The notes: a model not told the origin generated them from the sequence alone. A DNA stretch of 64,000 bases from Neocallimastix sp. 'constans' (GCA_050613775.1 JBODTK010000141.1:62001-126000), one strand, 5' to 3'. Shown: positions 1 through 11,898, counted from the stretch's first letter. A program made the numbers and translations.

Positions 1-778
1 ATTATATGTTAATAATATATAAGTCAAAATTTACATTTTTATTTTTAAAAAAATCCACATATTATTTTAGAAAAATACCAAAAAAAAAAAAAAATTAAAA
101 ATAAAAAATAAAAAATAAATAAAAAAAAAAAAAAAAAAAAAAACATAAAAGAAAGTTTAATATATTTTATGTAAGTTTAATGCATATATCACGTAAAGTT
201 GATATTAATATTTTTTACATATTGTCAGTTTAAAAATGATATAATAACATATAATATAAATAATAATGAAATTATTATTAATTTATTATTAATTTATTAT
301 TATTAAATTATAATCTATTATTTCTATTATTATCTATTATTATCTATTATTATTCATTATTATTATTATTCATTATTAATTATTGTTGTTGTTAAAATAT
401 TATTTTATTATTATTATTTATTATTGACATGAATTATTATTTATTATTGCTTATCATTGTTATTAATTATTAATTATTATTATTATTATAAGTTATTAAT
501 TATTGTTTATTTTTTCAATACTGCTATTGTTAAAATAATAATATTATTACTATTATTATTTAATATTGTTAAAATATTATTTTATTGTTCATTATTAAAA
601 TATTATTATTATTTCTGATTTGGTAGTTTATGAATAATATAGCTTCTTATTGGTAATAGAATTTTTTTAAGATTTAATTAAGATTTATATTTTTTTTTCT
701 GTACTCCAATCCACATTAAACTAAATTAAAAACTAAATATATTCATTTTATTTTTTCAAAACTTTAATTAATTTTATC

Positions 779-809
<31 letters not shown>

Positions 810-2552
810 CTTAACAAATAAAAAGAAAATAAAAATATAAATAATTTTTTTTAGTATATATTATATTTAACATTTTTATTTTTATTTTTATTTTATTTTT
901 ATCATTAATACATTTATCAAAAATTTATATATATGTATAAATGTTCTTTTTTTTTTTAAAAAAAAATATTTAATATATAATTTTTTTATTAATCATTTAT
1001 ATTATATCCTCCATAAGAACCAAACAATTTTTTTTATTATGGTAAATTAAGTTATTTAAATGTTCTACTTTTTTTACTTCATTTCAATAATGCGTCTTTT
1101 TTTTTTTGTTGTTTGTTTGTTTGTTTGTTTGTTTGTTTGTTTAAATCAACATTAATTATATATAAATTATTGATATGAAATTTTTTATTTTTATTTATTA
1201 TTTTTTTTACATATATTATAATAAATTTATTTTGTTATATTTATTATTTTAAATATTTTATTATTATCAGTATAAATATTATTTTTGGTTTTATTAATAT
1301 TAATACTAATATAATTAAATATAGTTAAATTGATTAAAAAAAAGATAAACTATTTTTATTATATCTATTTATACTAATAAATATAAATAAGAACTTTCAT
1401 ATTAAATTATTTATTAATAAATAATATTTTTTTCAATATTACATTAAAATATTTATTAATAAATGAAACTTTTTAAAGTATCATTGTATATTAGAGATTC
1501 TAATGAAAACCATCTACACCTATTGAATTTTGTAAATAAAAAAAATATATATATCTTTATTCTTTATATGAAATTAATAGTTCATTTTTTATAATTAATT
1601 ACCAAATTAGATCAAACTAATTTTGTCACACCTGTACAATAATGAATATAAAACTTTTTTATTTTTATTTTTATTTTTTTAATAATTCTTTAATTACAAT
1701 TAGCATTGTAGAACTGATTTTGGAAATTATAATTTCCATACATAATATAATAAAAATACTAGATAATCATATAATAAATTATATTTTATTATATTTTATA
1801 TATATTATAATTTAATTTTTAATATAATTATTCTTAATTTACTAAAAATTTTTTTCTATTTTTATTAATACTTCTTTTTTCTATAAATTGTAATATATTA
1901 TTTAATTATACATAATTATAAATTAAATAATATTTTAATATATCATTTAATTATACATAATTATAAATTAAATAGTATTTTAATATATCAAATTTATTTA
2001 TAGATATATAATTAAATTTTATAATTATTTATTTAAATTTATTAACTGATATATTTTATAAAAAGTTAAATATTAAATATCTCAATTAATATAATTAAAA
2101 ATATGAAGTATATAAATTGAGAAATATAATTTAAAATTTTAATATATTAAATAGTATATTATATATATTATTATTATAGAGAAATTAATAAAATTAACCA
2201 TGAAATAATATTTTAATACTTTTTTTTTATTTAAAAAAAATTAATTTGATGTAATTAAAAATTTTTATAATTAAAACACTTTTTATATATATATTTTTTA
2301 TTTTTATGATTATTATAATAATTAATTTTAACTATAATTTATAATAAGTTAAAAATAGCCTATGGAATTAAAACAGTTTAATTAAATATTTATACATAAA
2401 TTAATCAATTATTTTTTTTATACATAAATTAATAATTTATATAAAAAAATAGTATATAAATAAATTGATTTTTTTCTAAAAAAATTTTTTTTATATTCAA
2501 AAAAACATAAATTAATAAATATATTAGTTTTTTTAATAAAGCAAATTCAAAA

Positions 2553-3245
2553 ATGAAATTCAACTACGTTCTTTTAGCTGCTGCTGCTGTTTTAGCTGTT
2601 TCTGCTGAAACTCCACAAGGTAGATAATTAATTTAATACTTCAAAAGTTTATTGATTAACAAAAAGAACTATTACATATAATTTTTTTAAAAAAAAAATG
2701 AAAATGAATGTTTAAAAAAAAAAAAAGACTAATTGAAAAAATTAATTAATAATATTTAATTAATAATAGAATGTGTCAATACCCAAAACTGTGGTGACAA
2801 TGTTGTTTGTATTGCCCACTGTTTCAATGTTCCAGCTCCAACATCTCAACAAATTAAGAATGTTGAAAGTTGTCTTGGTCAATGTAGTGGTTCAATAAAC
2901 TGCTACAATGATTGTATTGAAAAGGAATTCTTAGGTAGTGGTACAGCAGCAGCTGCTGCAGGAGCTGCCGCTGCCGCTGGTGCTGCTGCTAATACTGCTG
3001 CTGATGCAGCTAACAGTGCTGCAGGAGCTGCTACTTCTGCTGCTGGTGCTGCTGCCACTGCTGCTGGTGCTGCTGCTACTAATGCTGCCAATGCTGCTAC
3101 TAATGCTGCCAATGCTGCCGGTGCTGCAGTTAACAACACCGCTGCTAATGCAAACACTGCTCAAAACACTAGTGGTGCCTCCCCACGTGCTGTTTTCTCT
3201 GGATTAATTGGTCTTATTTGCAGTGCTCTTTACTTTGCTCTCTAA
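2553..3245 (+). CDS. Secreted, probably GPI-anchored cell-surface protein (8-Cys domain, Ala-rich stalk, hydrophobic C-tail); 2 exons, 180 aa
   Basis: Not in the ORF track. Exons 2553-2619 and 2770-3245 (GTAGAT...TAG intron). Translation: signal peptide MKFNYVLLAAAAVLAVSA, then ETPQECVNTQNCGDNVVCIAHCFNVPAPTSQQIKNVESCLGQCSGSINCYNDC, an Ala/Asn/Thr-rich linker, and TSGASPRAVFSGLIGLICSALYFAL* (GPI-signal-like). Confidence 0.85.
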
Positions 3246-3835
3246 AAATTGATTCATTCGTTTTTAATTTAAATAAAACCATAAAAAAAGTAAAATATAA
3301 ATAGAAAATGATGCCTTTTTTATATAAACAAAATTAAAACTAACTATCAAAATATATAGAAAATAATATTGAAAATATTAATATTATAAATATATAATAA
3401 TAATCTATATTTAATAATACCAAAATCTTTTTTATATCTTTATAATAGTCATAAAAGATAAAAAAGAATGATAAAATGAAATTCACTAATTTAAATTAAA
3501 GAAAAAGATTTTTTTTTTATATTATTATAATGAAATATATATATAAATAAAATTTATTTATAAAAAATTAAATTTGAATAGTGTGTATATTATATAGTTT
3601 TTATGTATATTTAATCATACTATATAAATATTAATAACTCATTCTATAAAAGGTAAAAAAAAAGTAATATTTAAAATTATTTCGTTTTTGAAACTACATA
3701 ATTAAAACATCTAAATAATTTTTAAAATATACTCTTATTTCATGCTTTATTAGTATTTTAAATAAATTAGTTATGATATTAGTTAAAAAGGCAACGAATA
3801 ATTGTTTTTCACACAGTAAATTTAAAAATTTAATC

Positions 3836-3866
<31 letters not shown>

Positions 3867-5032
3867 GTCGAAGGAATAATAAATTTTATTTAATAATACT
3901 TATTAAAACAGTAATAAAGTTCATGCTAGAGTTCCTTGTGATCAGGCTCCGCTTTCCACTGCCCTTATTATATCAAGAAACTTTCTCATGAAAAGCATGT
4001 TGAATTTTATGAAATCAAAAATTTTTCTATAGGTCCTAATCTTGAAAACCTTGATGAATTTTTAAATTTACTTCGTGAATATAAAAATATATGTGGTAAA
4101 GTCAGGTCAATTAAGTTTTCTATTAAATCAAAACAATTTCATCAGTCGATAGAATCTGTATTTAATGATTTTCGTAACAAAAATGTTAAGAGTGCTTGGT
4201 TAAAAATAAAGAAGCTATATCACCCTATGTACTCTAATTCTACTTCTTCAAGCGTTTTAAAGGACAAGCAGGGTAACATTTTATTTTCTCATTCGGATCT
4301 TTCAGATTGCAATAATTATCGTGGTATTTCTCTTATTAATGATGGCTTAAAAATTATTTCAAAGATTGTTACTAATACCCCGAGCAGGGGTGTACTCGAT
4401 TTATGTATTTAAATCGCCTGCAAGGGGAATTAACTTTACTCTTATAAAGTAGATCCACAGTACTGGTGCAAAATAGTAGTAAAGTTATATTTTGTGTTAA
4501 TTAATAACATTATGCGCAATGGTAATGTTATTGGTAAAATTTTTCTGGTGAACACTCACTGCGGAATATAATGGTGCATTTTTGGAACATTGTTAAATAA
4601 GTTACACCCAAGAATTAGTAATACATTTTCATTGTATTTCTATTTTCATGTAGTATTACTATTCTCATGTAAGAATCTATTGTATTCAATTGTATTTCAA
4701 CTTTATATTTCATGTATCACGTTGTAAGAGATTGATTCACTCTAAATCTTGTAGTAATTTATTTAACTCTTTACTAATTTTGTGCCATTTTATTTCATCA
4801 ATTCAATCTTAGTCATTAAATACTTTATGATATTCAATTTAAATAATATACTGAAAAAAGTGCTAAATCAAATTATTTTTCAATCATTCAACAAACTACT
4901 AATTATCGAAATTATTTACTCCAAAAAGATATAAAATTATTACAATCCTCATTATACTCAAGACTTTATAATAAAAATTGACTTTTTTTTATTTTTTTTT
5001 TTAGTTATTAATTTTTAGTTTTTATTACTATT

Positions 5033-8000
5033 ATGGAAATCCAATTTATAAGAAATAAGAATTTCATTCTAAGAGGTTCAAGGTGCCACGGTATACCAAT
5101 GGAGAATACGAAACTACTCTTTATCCGCGGACTTCGATCTTGGCCAGAAATCAAAATGAGAAGACATTTAAAGAAAACTCTGAATGAATTAAATGATAAG
5201 GTTTTATCAGTTAAACGTATTGCTAATTTTAATGATGCATTCTTTAAAATTAAAATAGTAGGTAATGAAGAAGAATTAACATCTATTACTGATTGTATTG
5301 TTAATAGTTTCAAACGTGCTTCAATTAACGTTATTAATTGTAGCAAAAGGAATCATAAATACAGTTTTTCTTCACTCAAAAGGAAACATTTTGCCTTATC
5401 AGAAAAAGTGAATTCATCTTATAATATCAACTTATTCACTACTTCAAATTCAAATGCAGATTCAAGTCAAAATTCAAATTCAAGTTCAAATACAGATTCA
5501 TGTTCAAGTTCAAGTACAAGCTCAAGTTCAAGTTCAAGTACAAGTTCAAGTACAAGCTCAAGTTCAAGTTCAAGTACAAGTTTAAGTACAAGTTCAAGTA
5601 CAGGTTCAAGTTCAAGTTCAAGTCCAAGTTCAAGTACAATTTCAAGTTCAAGTTCAAGTACAAGTTCAAGTACAAGTACAAGTTCAAGTTCAAGTTCAAG
5701 TTCAAGTTCAAGTACAAGTTCAAGTTCAATTTCAAATTTATGTTTAAATTCAGTTTCAAGCTCAGATTCAAATTCAAATTTCAGTTCAATCAATTATAAT
5801 AATTCCAATAATATTAATAACACTCATATTAATAATAATACAGTTAAAGAATTTTCTCTATGTGTCAGTTGGAATACTAATGGATGGAACTTTGATAAAA
5901 AAGACAGTGTTGAATTCTTTATTTCAATGTACAAACCACTTTTCTTATGCTTTCAGGAAACAGGAAATGGTTCAGGTTCTAGCAGTAAATATCCATGTCG
6001 AGTATCATTAAAAAACTACAAACATTTCTTCAAAAAAGCTAATAATGAAATTCCCGGTAAAAGAGGTCTTTATATTGGGTTTCATAATTCTTGTCAAGCC
6101 TCTCTTGAAAACAACACTTATGAGTATATTATTTCCTTGTATACGTATAATTTTTGGAATTTCACTAAATGTTCTATTGGTAATGTGTACGTACCTCATA
6201 GTGGCCATAGCCTTCATGCTAGAACTGCTAGAATTGAAATATTGTCTTGGTTAAATAGTCACTCTTCTCATCCTTCAATGTTGGTTGGTGATTTTAATTT
6301 ACCTACTGAGAAATTAAGTAATTTGCTCTCTAAATTTAGTAATTGGAAAATTCTTCCCTTATGGGGCTCCCCAATTTCATGGAGTAGAGGTAATAGAGAA
6401 TCTGCTATAGATCATGCGATTGTCAATGATCATATGTTAGATTTACTTTCATATGGTACTTTTATTGACTTTCCCCCCATTTCGGATCATAAACCTTTAT
6501 TAATAAAAGGTAAAAGTTTTTCATCAGTTAATTCAGATAATTCTTTATCTCTGCCTAAAAAGACAGTTAAATGGGATAGATTAAAATGTATAAATGAAAA
6601 AGAATCAATTTTTGACAACAACTATTTTAGTGTATTAGAGGAAGTGATTCCAGATCCTAATATTAGTATTGATGATATTTCAAAGAAATTTATTTCAACT
6701 TCATTCAATATTGCTAAGGAACTTAATATCACGTCAATTTCAGAAGTTCGAAAATCTTTTTTTCATATGTCGCAGAAAATATTTAATTTGCAAAAACTCA
6801 AAATGAAATTATATAAATCCATTAAAAGAAGAGGTTCTTATCATAATTTAGATGAATTTGAAGAATTAATTGATAAATATAATAGAATGTGCAAAATTAT
6901 TCATCATATGTGTAATATTTATAGGAAAACTGAATACCAACATTGGATTAATACAGGATGTGAATATATGAAACCTCATAACCCTAAAAAAGCTTGGAAA
7001 TGGCTTAAAACAACAGCAAAAGTAGATAAATTTAAAAATATGTCAAATTCTCCAGTAAAGGACAAAAATGGTAAACTAGCTACTTCTACTAAAGAACAGT
7101 TAGAAGTATGGCACAATCACTATAAAAAACTTGCTTCAAGCCATTCTGATATCAATAGTGCATTAATCGAATGGTATAATAAATTTTCCAATGGAACAAT
7201 TAGGTATACGAGACACAATGAATGGGATATAAATCAAGACATCAGTATAGAAGAAATTAGAGAAGCAATTTTGGCTACTCCAAATTTTAAAGCTTCAGGC
7301 CCGGATGGAATTCCTATTGAATTTTATAAAGCTTTAATTCCTCCGGATGACGAAAATTCAGTAAATAATTCTTCTTCTGGTTTAAATTGTTTACAGAAGA
7401 TATACTCAAGAATTTGGAATGGAGAATTTCCTAGCTCATGGAATGAAGCAAGTATTATATCTATTCCTAAAAAAGGAGATGATCTATCTGATTGTGACAA
7501 TTATCGAGGTATCTCTCTGATTAACAATGGTATTAAACTCATTTCGAAAATAGTCTCCAAAAGAATTTCAGAATATGGACTTAAAAATAATTTTATTAGG
7601 CCAGAGCAATTTGGATTTCGTACTAAAGAAGAATGTGTTAGTTTATTTATTTCAATTCGAGAAATTTGTCAAAGGCGTAAAAATGATAATAAAGAAACTT
7701 ACCTAGCTTTTCTAGATTTAAAAAAGGCATATGATTCTGTTCCAATAGGTAATATTTTATATAAATTAGATGCTTTAGGTATTAGAGGTAAATGTTATCA
7801 ATTTATAAAAAATCTATATTTGACATCCAAAGCTAGTGTTAAAATTGATGATCAATATTCGGAATCTTTTAATATTATGAAAGGAGTTAGACAAGGTTGT
7901 CCACTATCACCAATTCTTTTCAATCTTTTTATTAATGACATTTTTAATGATGTTTCAGAACTTGGAATTCCTTTAGGCGAATCTAGATGTTGTGGTGGAC

Positions 8001-9514
8001 TCTTTGCAGATGATATTGTTCTATGCGCACCGTCAAGAACTAAGTTGAAAAAAATGCTTAAGAAGGTAAATGAATGGGCTAAATTTAATATGATGAATTT
8101 TGGAATTAATAAGTGTGCAACGATGGTGATTCGACCAGACACACCTCTTTTTCAAAATAAAAGAGATCCTACTTTTTATCTTGCTGGTCAACCAATTCCA
8201 ATAACTAAATGTTATACCTATTTAGGTATACCATTTGATAAAAGCTTATCGTTGAAACCTATTATTAAATTACTTAACTCTAAAGTAACTAAAGCTCTCT
8301 TTTCTGTTAGTAAATTTCTTTCAAATTCCAAAATTCCTATTCCATTTAAGAAGATTATAATTAACTCTTATGTACTTAGTAAAGTCTCTTACTTTGCACC
8401 TTTACTTGGTTCAAATAAAACGAGAACAAATAATACTCAGAAATTAATTAATAAAGGATTAAGATGGATTGCAGGTATACAAAAAGCCAAATCATTTATT
8501 AATGTATATTCTATTTCAAAAGATTTACATATTCCTCCATTGTCAGCTAAGTGTGCTTTGTCTCAGGTCAAATGTTTTGATAAATGGAAAAATTCAAATT
8601 GTATTATTTCCTTTTTAGTTAATAATATTCCAAAATCTAGAAAATATACATGGACAAAAGAAAGTAGAACTCTTAAACGTAAACTAGAGAAAAGAGGTAA
8701 TAACGATAATAAAATCAAGGATTTTTATTGGAAAAGAGATATGAAAATCAATTCTATTAAAGCTGAGTTTTATGACAAAAACAAATTCGAAGAAACATCA
8801 AAATTTATAAAACTTTGTTATGACTATCCTGATCTTTCATATGGTTTCTATTGGCTATTGAGAGCACGAAGCGGATATAGATTAGATGCTAGAATTGCTA
8901 AAGCTGCAAAAATAGTGGACCAAATGTGTCCTAATTTTTGTCCCTGTTGTAAAAGTAATAAACAATGGATAAGTCATTGGTTAATTGATTGTCCCTTTTT
9001 CAATCATACTCGTAGTAAAGTTAATGATAAAATTTTATTTTTATATAATGCTTTTTACCGTGGCAACCTAACAAATGATATTGTTAATAGTAATAATGAT
9101 AATAGTAATAGTAATAATAGTAATAGTTATAATAGTAATAATAATATTAGTAATAGTATTTTTAGTAATGTTAGTAATAGTATTGAAAATAATGTGTATA
9201 TTGATTCTAGTGTGTGTGAAAAAGTGTTTAATTTCCTTCTTGGAGGTCGAAGTATTAATAACAGTACAAGGGAATGGAAGGATCTATTTAAGTGCCAGAT
9301 GAAATCAGGTGCTTATTCTGATACTCCGTTCTTAGTGGTTACTGCGGCACTTCTCCAATCGATTATACCTATTGCTATTGGCCAGCAATGGTCTTTGTTC
9401 AATAGGTTCAAATCGAATCGTACTACTACTACCAAGAGCGTCAATGCTGAAGAAACAGTAAGACAGGCCAGCAGGGCTAGCGCAACCAATGAAGATCATA
9501 ATTTTGTATCTTAA
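5033..9514 (+). CDS. LINE polyprotein: RRM-like N-domain, Ser-rich linker, APE endonuclease, reverse transcriptase, C-terminal Cys/His finger
   Basis: APE motifs SWNTNG, LCFQET, GDFN, IDH, SDH. RT motifs KASGPDGIP, NYRGISL, QFGFR, FLDLKKAYDSV, GVRQGCPLSPILF, LFADD, YLG. C-terminal CPNFCPCC...SHWLIDC. Confidence 0.95.
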   Translation: MEIQFIRNKNFILRGSRCHGIPMENTKLLFIRGLRSWPEIKMRRHLKKTLNELNDKVLSVKRIANFNDAFFKIKIVGNEEELTSITDCIVNSFKRASINVINCSKRNHKYSFSSLKRKHFALSEKVNSSYNINLFTTSNSNADSSQNSNSSSNTDSCSSSSTSSSSSSSTSSSTSSSSSSSTSLSTSSSTGSSSSSSPSSSTISSSSSSTSSSTSTSSSSSSSSSSSTSSSSISNLCLNSVSSSDSNSNFSSINYNNSNNINNTHINNNTVKEFSLCVSWNTNGWNFDKKDSVEFFISMYKPLFLCFQETGNGSGSSSKYPCRVSLKNYKHFFKKANNEIPGKRGLYIGFHNSCQASLENNTYEYIISLYTYNFWNFTKCSIGNVYVPHSGHSLHARTARIEILSWLNSHSSHPSMLVGDFNLPTEKLSNLLSKFSNWKILPLWGSPISWSRGNRESAIDHAIVNDHMLDLLSYGTFIDFPPISDHKPLLIKGKSFSSVNSDNSLSLPKKTVKWDRLKCINEKESIFDNNYFSVLEEVIPDPNISIDDISKKFISTSFNIAKELNITSISEVRKSFFHMSQKIFNLQKLKMKLYKSIKRRGSYHNLDEFEELIDKYNRMCKIIHHMCNIYRKTEYQHWINTGCEYMKPHNPKKAWKWLKTTAKVDKFKNMSNSPVKDKNGKLATSTKEQLEVWHNHYKKLASSHSDINSALIEWYNKFSNGTIRYTRHNEWDINQDISIEEIREAILATPNFKASGPDGIPIEFYKALIPPDDENSVNNSSSGLNCLQKIYSRIWNGEFPSSWNEASIISIPKKGDDLSDCDNYRGISLINNGIKLISKIVSKRISEYGLKNNFIRPEQFGFRTKEECVSLFISIREICQRRKNDNKETYLAFLDLKKAYDSVPIGNILYKLDALGIRGKCYQFIKNLYLTSKASVKIDDQYSESFNIMKGVRQGCPLSPILFNLFINDIFNDVSELGIPLGESRCCGGLFADDIVLCAPSRTKLKKMLKKVNEWAKFNMMNFGINKCATMVIRPDTPLFQNKRDPTFYLAGQPIPITKCYTYLGIPFDKSLSLKPIIKLLNSKVTKALFSVSKFLSNSKIPIPFKKIIINSYVLSKVSYFAPLLGSNKTRTNNTQKLINKGLRWIAGIQKAKSFINVYSISKDLHIPPLSAKCALSQVKCFDKWKNSNCIISFLVNNIPKSRKYTWTKESRTLKRKLEKRGNNDNKIKDFYWKRDMKINSIKAEFYDKNKFEETSKFIKLCYDYPDLSYGFYWLLRARSGYRLDARIAKAAKIVDQMCPNFCPCCKSNKQWISHWLIDCPFFNHTRSKVNDKILFLYNAFYRGNLTNDIVNSNNDNSNSNNSNSYNSNNNISNSIFSNVSNSIENNVYIDSSVCEKVFNFLLGGRSINNSTREWKDLFKCQMKSGAYSDTPFLVVTAALLQSIIPIAIGQQWSLFNRFKSNRTTTTKSVNAEETVRQASRASATNEDHNFVS
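5443..5790 (+). repeat. Coding hexamer repeat (TCAAGT/ACAAGT/TCAAAT)n encoding a poly-Ser/Thr linker
   Basis: Tandem hexamers are visible directly. They also generate the spurious (KF)n, (LN)n and (LE)n ORFs in other frames. Confidence 0.95.
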
Positions 9515-11859
9515 AATTATGATTAACATTGCGAAGTCAAAGTTAATTATTATACTTCAGTATAATAATGCCCTTGTGAAGTCTTATAAATATTAATTAA
9601 ATGAAACTAGAATATATTATACCATTATTTTATTTTTATTTTGTGTTTTATTTTTTGTTTATTTTTTTATCTTTTTTTTTTTATTATTTTATTACATGTA
9701 TTTTATCAAATATTTAATTAATAAAGATGAAACAAGTTTGCTGCCGTTAAAAAAAAAAAAAAATTGTTACTAATAGAATTGCTAAATATGTCTTTGAATA
9801 TAAACTTGTTAGACCTGAACATTTTGGATTTAGAAATAAAGAAGAATGCATAAATTTATATATTTCAATTAGAGAAATATGTCAAAGAAGAGAATTTCAA
9901 GGAAATTTTACTTATCTTGCTTTTCTTGATCTTAAAAAAGCCTATGATTCAATACTTGTCTTTAATATTTTGACCAAATTATATAACTCCGGAATTAGAG
10001 GTAAATGTTTTCTGTTTTAAAGAATCTTTATCTATCCTCTAAAGCTCGTGCTTTTTTTAATGATAATCTCTCAGAAGAATTTTCGATTAATCGTGGTAAT
10101 AGACAAGGATGCCTTCTATCTCCTATCTTATTCAATTTGTTCATTAATGATGTACTGGATAATTGTGATAAGTATGGTGTATATTTAGACTCTCAATATT
10201 GTTATGGTGGGCCTTTTGCGGATGATATTGTTTTAGTTGCTCCATCTAAACAAGCTCTTAAGAAAATTTTGAATAAAGTTCATGAATGGGCTATTAAAAA
10301 TAAAACGACTTTTGGAATTAATAAGTGTGCTACTTTTGTTGTAAAACCGATTAACTTTGTTAAACCGATAAATTATGAAGATCCATCTTTCATTATTGGT
10401 AGTAACAAATTACCTAAAGCTGACAACTATACTTATCTTGGTATTCCTTTAGATGAATCTTTATCATTGAAACCTATACAATCCAAATTAAACAGTAATT
10501 TAAATGTCAAGTTAAATTCGTACTTTCGATTTTTTATTAATAAATCTATTCCTCTCCCATTGAAGAAATATGTTCTTATTTCGTTTATTCTTAGTCTTGT
10601 TTTATATTATGCTCCTCTCTTTGGTTCAAATAAGAGCAGATGTTCTAAAGCTTAAAATATTATTAACAGAGGACTTTTTTGGAGTTATGGATTTAAATCT
10701 CGCAATTCTTATGTTAGTCTCTATGATATTACTCGTGAATTGAGAATACCTCCTCTTTCAGCCATCTGTGCTATATCTCAATTACAGTGCTTTAGAAAAT
10801 GGAAAAATTCATCATGTATTATTAATCATCTCACTAATAATATTCCTACTATGTCACATTACTCATGGACTAAAGAATCAAAAACTTTGGATATGAAATT
10901 AAATGGTAAAAAAACAAGTGAAATAAAAAAGTTTTATTGGGAAAGAGATGTCTTCAAACTCTCAAAAGCTAAAAAACAACTATTTACAAGGAGACTTATT
11001 TTGGTTTTATTTCAGAAATCAAAAACTTAATATTTCAATATCCTAAATATCAGTTGGGATTGTTTTGGAATTCTCGAATTAGGTGTGATTTTAAATTTGA
11101 CATTAATATTTCCATTAAAAGAAAAATAGTCTCAGAAGATTGCCCTAAATGTTGCCCTTGCTGTGGTGTTAGTGTACCTAGCTTTTCTCACTATATATTT
11201 GCCTGTAAAGAATTGGAAAATTACAGAAATAAATCTTCACCTTTTCTAGATGATCACTTTTTGAAGTTTGCAATGATAATTGAACAAAAATCCTTGAATG
11301 TTTCCTAGATTCAGAAAAGGATTATGATAATAATATTTATTACTTTATATTGAGTGCTTTTCTTGGCGGGACGTTCAATATATGAAAAAATTAAAGTTAA
11401 TGATGGGGAACAAAGACAATTAGTTGACAATATTTTTAAACAAAGTTCAACTTTGTCGACTTTTCCCGTATTTTGTAGGGATTGCGGAGTTTCTAACAAA
11501 CGTAATACCATTAATTCGTCGATCTTTTAGATTGATGATGAATTGGCATTCCGTTGAATCTATTGAATCTACCGTTGCCGAGAGCGTCGACGTCAAAATG
11601 ATAAGGCATGAATTTTTACCCCCCAGTGAAAGAACAGATACAGATTCGTTAGATAACACTAATATTGAAATTATTACTCGCAATAATGGACGTGGTGTTA
11701 TCATCGAGGAATGGGAAAAGTTAGAGGCTATTGCTTCTAACACACTTTTATAATTTTATAATATATAATATTTTATTTCATATATTTTATTTGTTATTTT
11801 TTCATTTAAATCATGTAATTTTATTATTATTATAAATTAAATAAAGTTATTCTCTAAGT

Positions 11860-11894
<35 letters not shown>

Positions 11895-11898
<4 letters not shown>

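Larger units (their letters stand above)
4378..9762 (+). mobile_element. Apparently full-length, intact non-LTR retrotransposon (element A), 5385 bp
   Basis: 13-bp TSD ATTGTTACTAATA at 4365-4377 and 9763-9775. 655-nt 5' UTR, one 1493-aa ORF, 3' UTR with AATAAA (9720-9725) and poly(A) at 9749-9762. Confidence 0.95.
3925..11894 (+). mobile_element. Degenerate 5'-truncated LINE (element B), split by the insertion of element A
   Basis: About 3955-4377 translates FHCPYYIKKL...SAWLKIKK...LKDKQGNI...LSDCNNYRGISLINDGLKIISKIVTN. The frame resumes at 9776 as RIAKY...FGFRNKEEC...FLDLKKAYDS, then QGCLLSPILF, FADD, YLG and CPKCCPCC...HYIFAC, with frameshifts and stops. AATAAA at 11840, poly(A) at 11861-11894. 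The 5' boundary is approximate. Confidence 0.9.

Noticed and set aside
2903..3207. Three short track ORFs (poly-Ala, poly-Ser, poly-Leu)
   Set aside because: They are shadow frames of the spliced gene at 2553-3245.
3860..3930. TSD and exact 5' end of element B
   Set aside because: I found no copy of the sequence following its poly(A) (TCTGTAGGAACC) upstream, so the boundary is left approximate.
5439..5799. (LN)n, (LE)n and (KF)n ORFs
   Set aside because: They are alternative frames of the TCAAGT repeat inside the LINE ORF.
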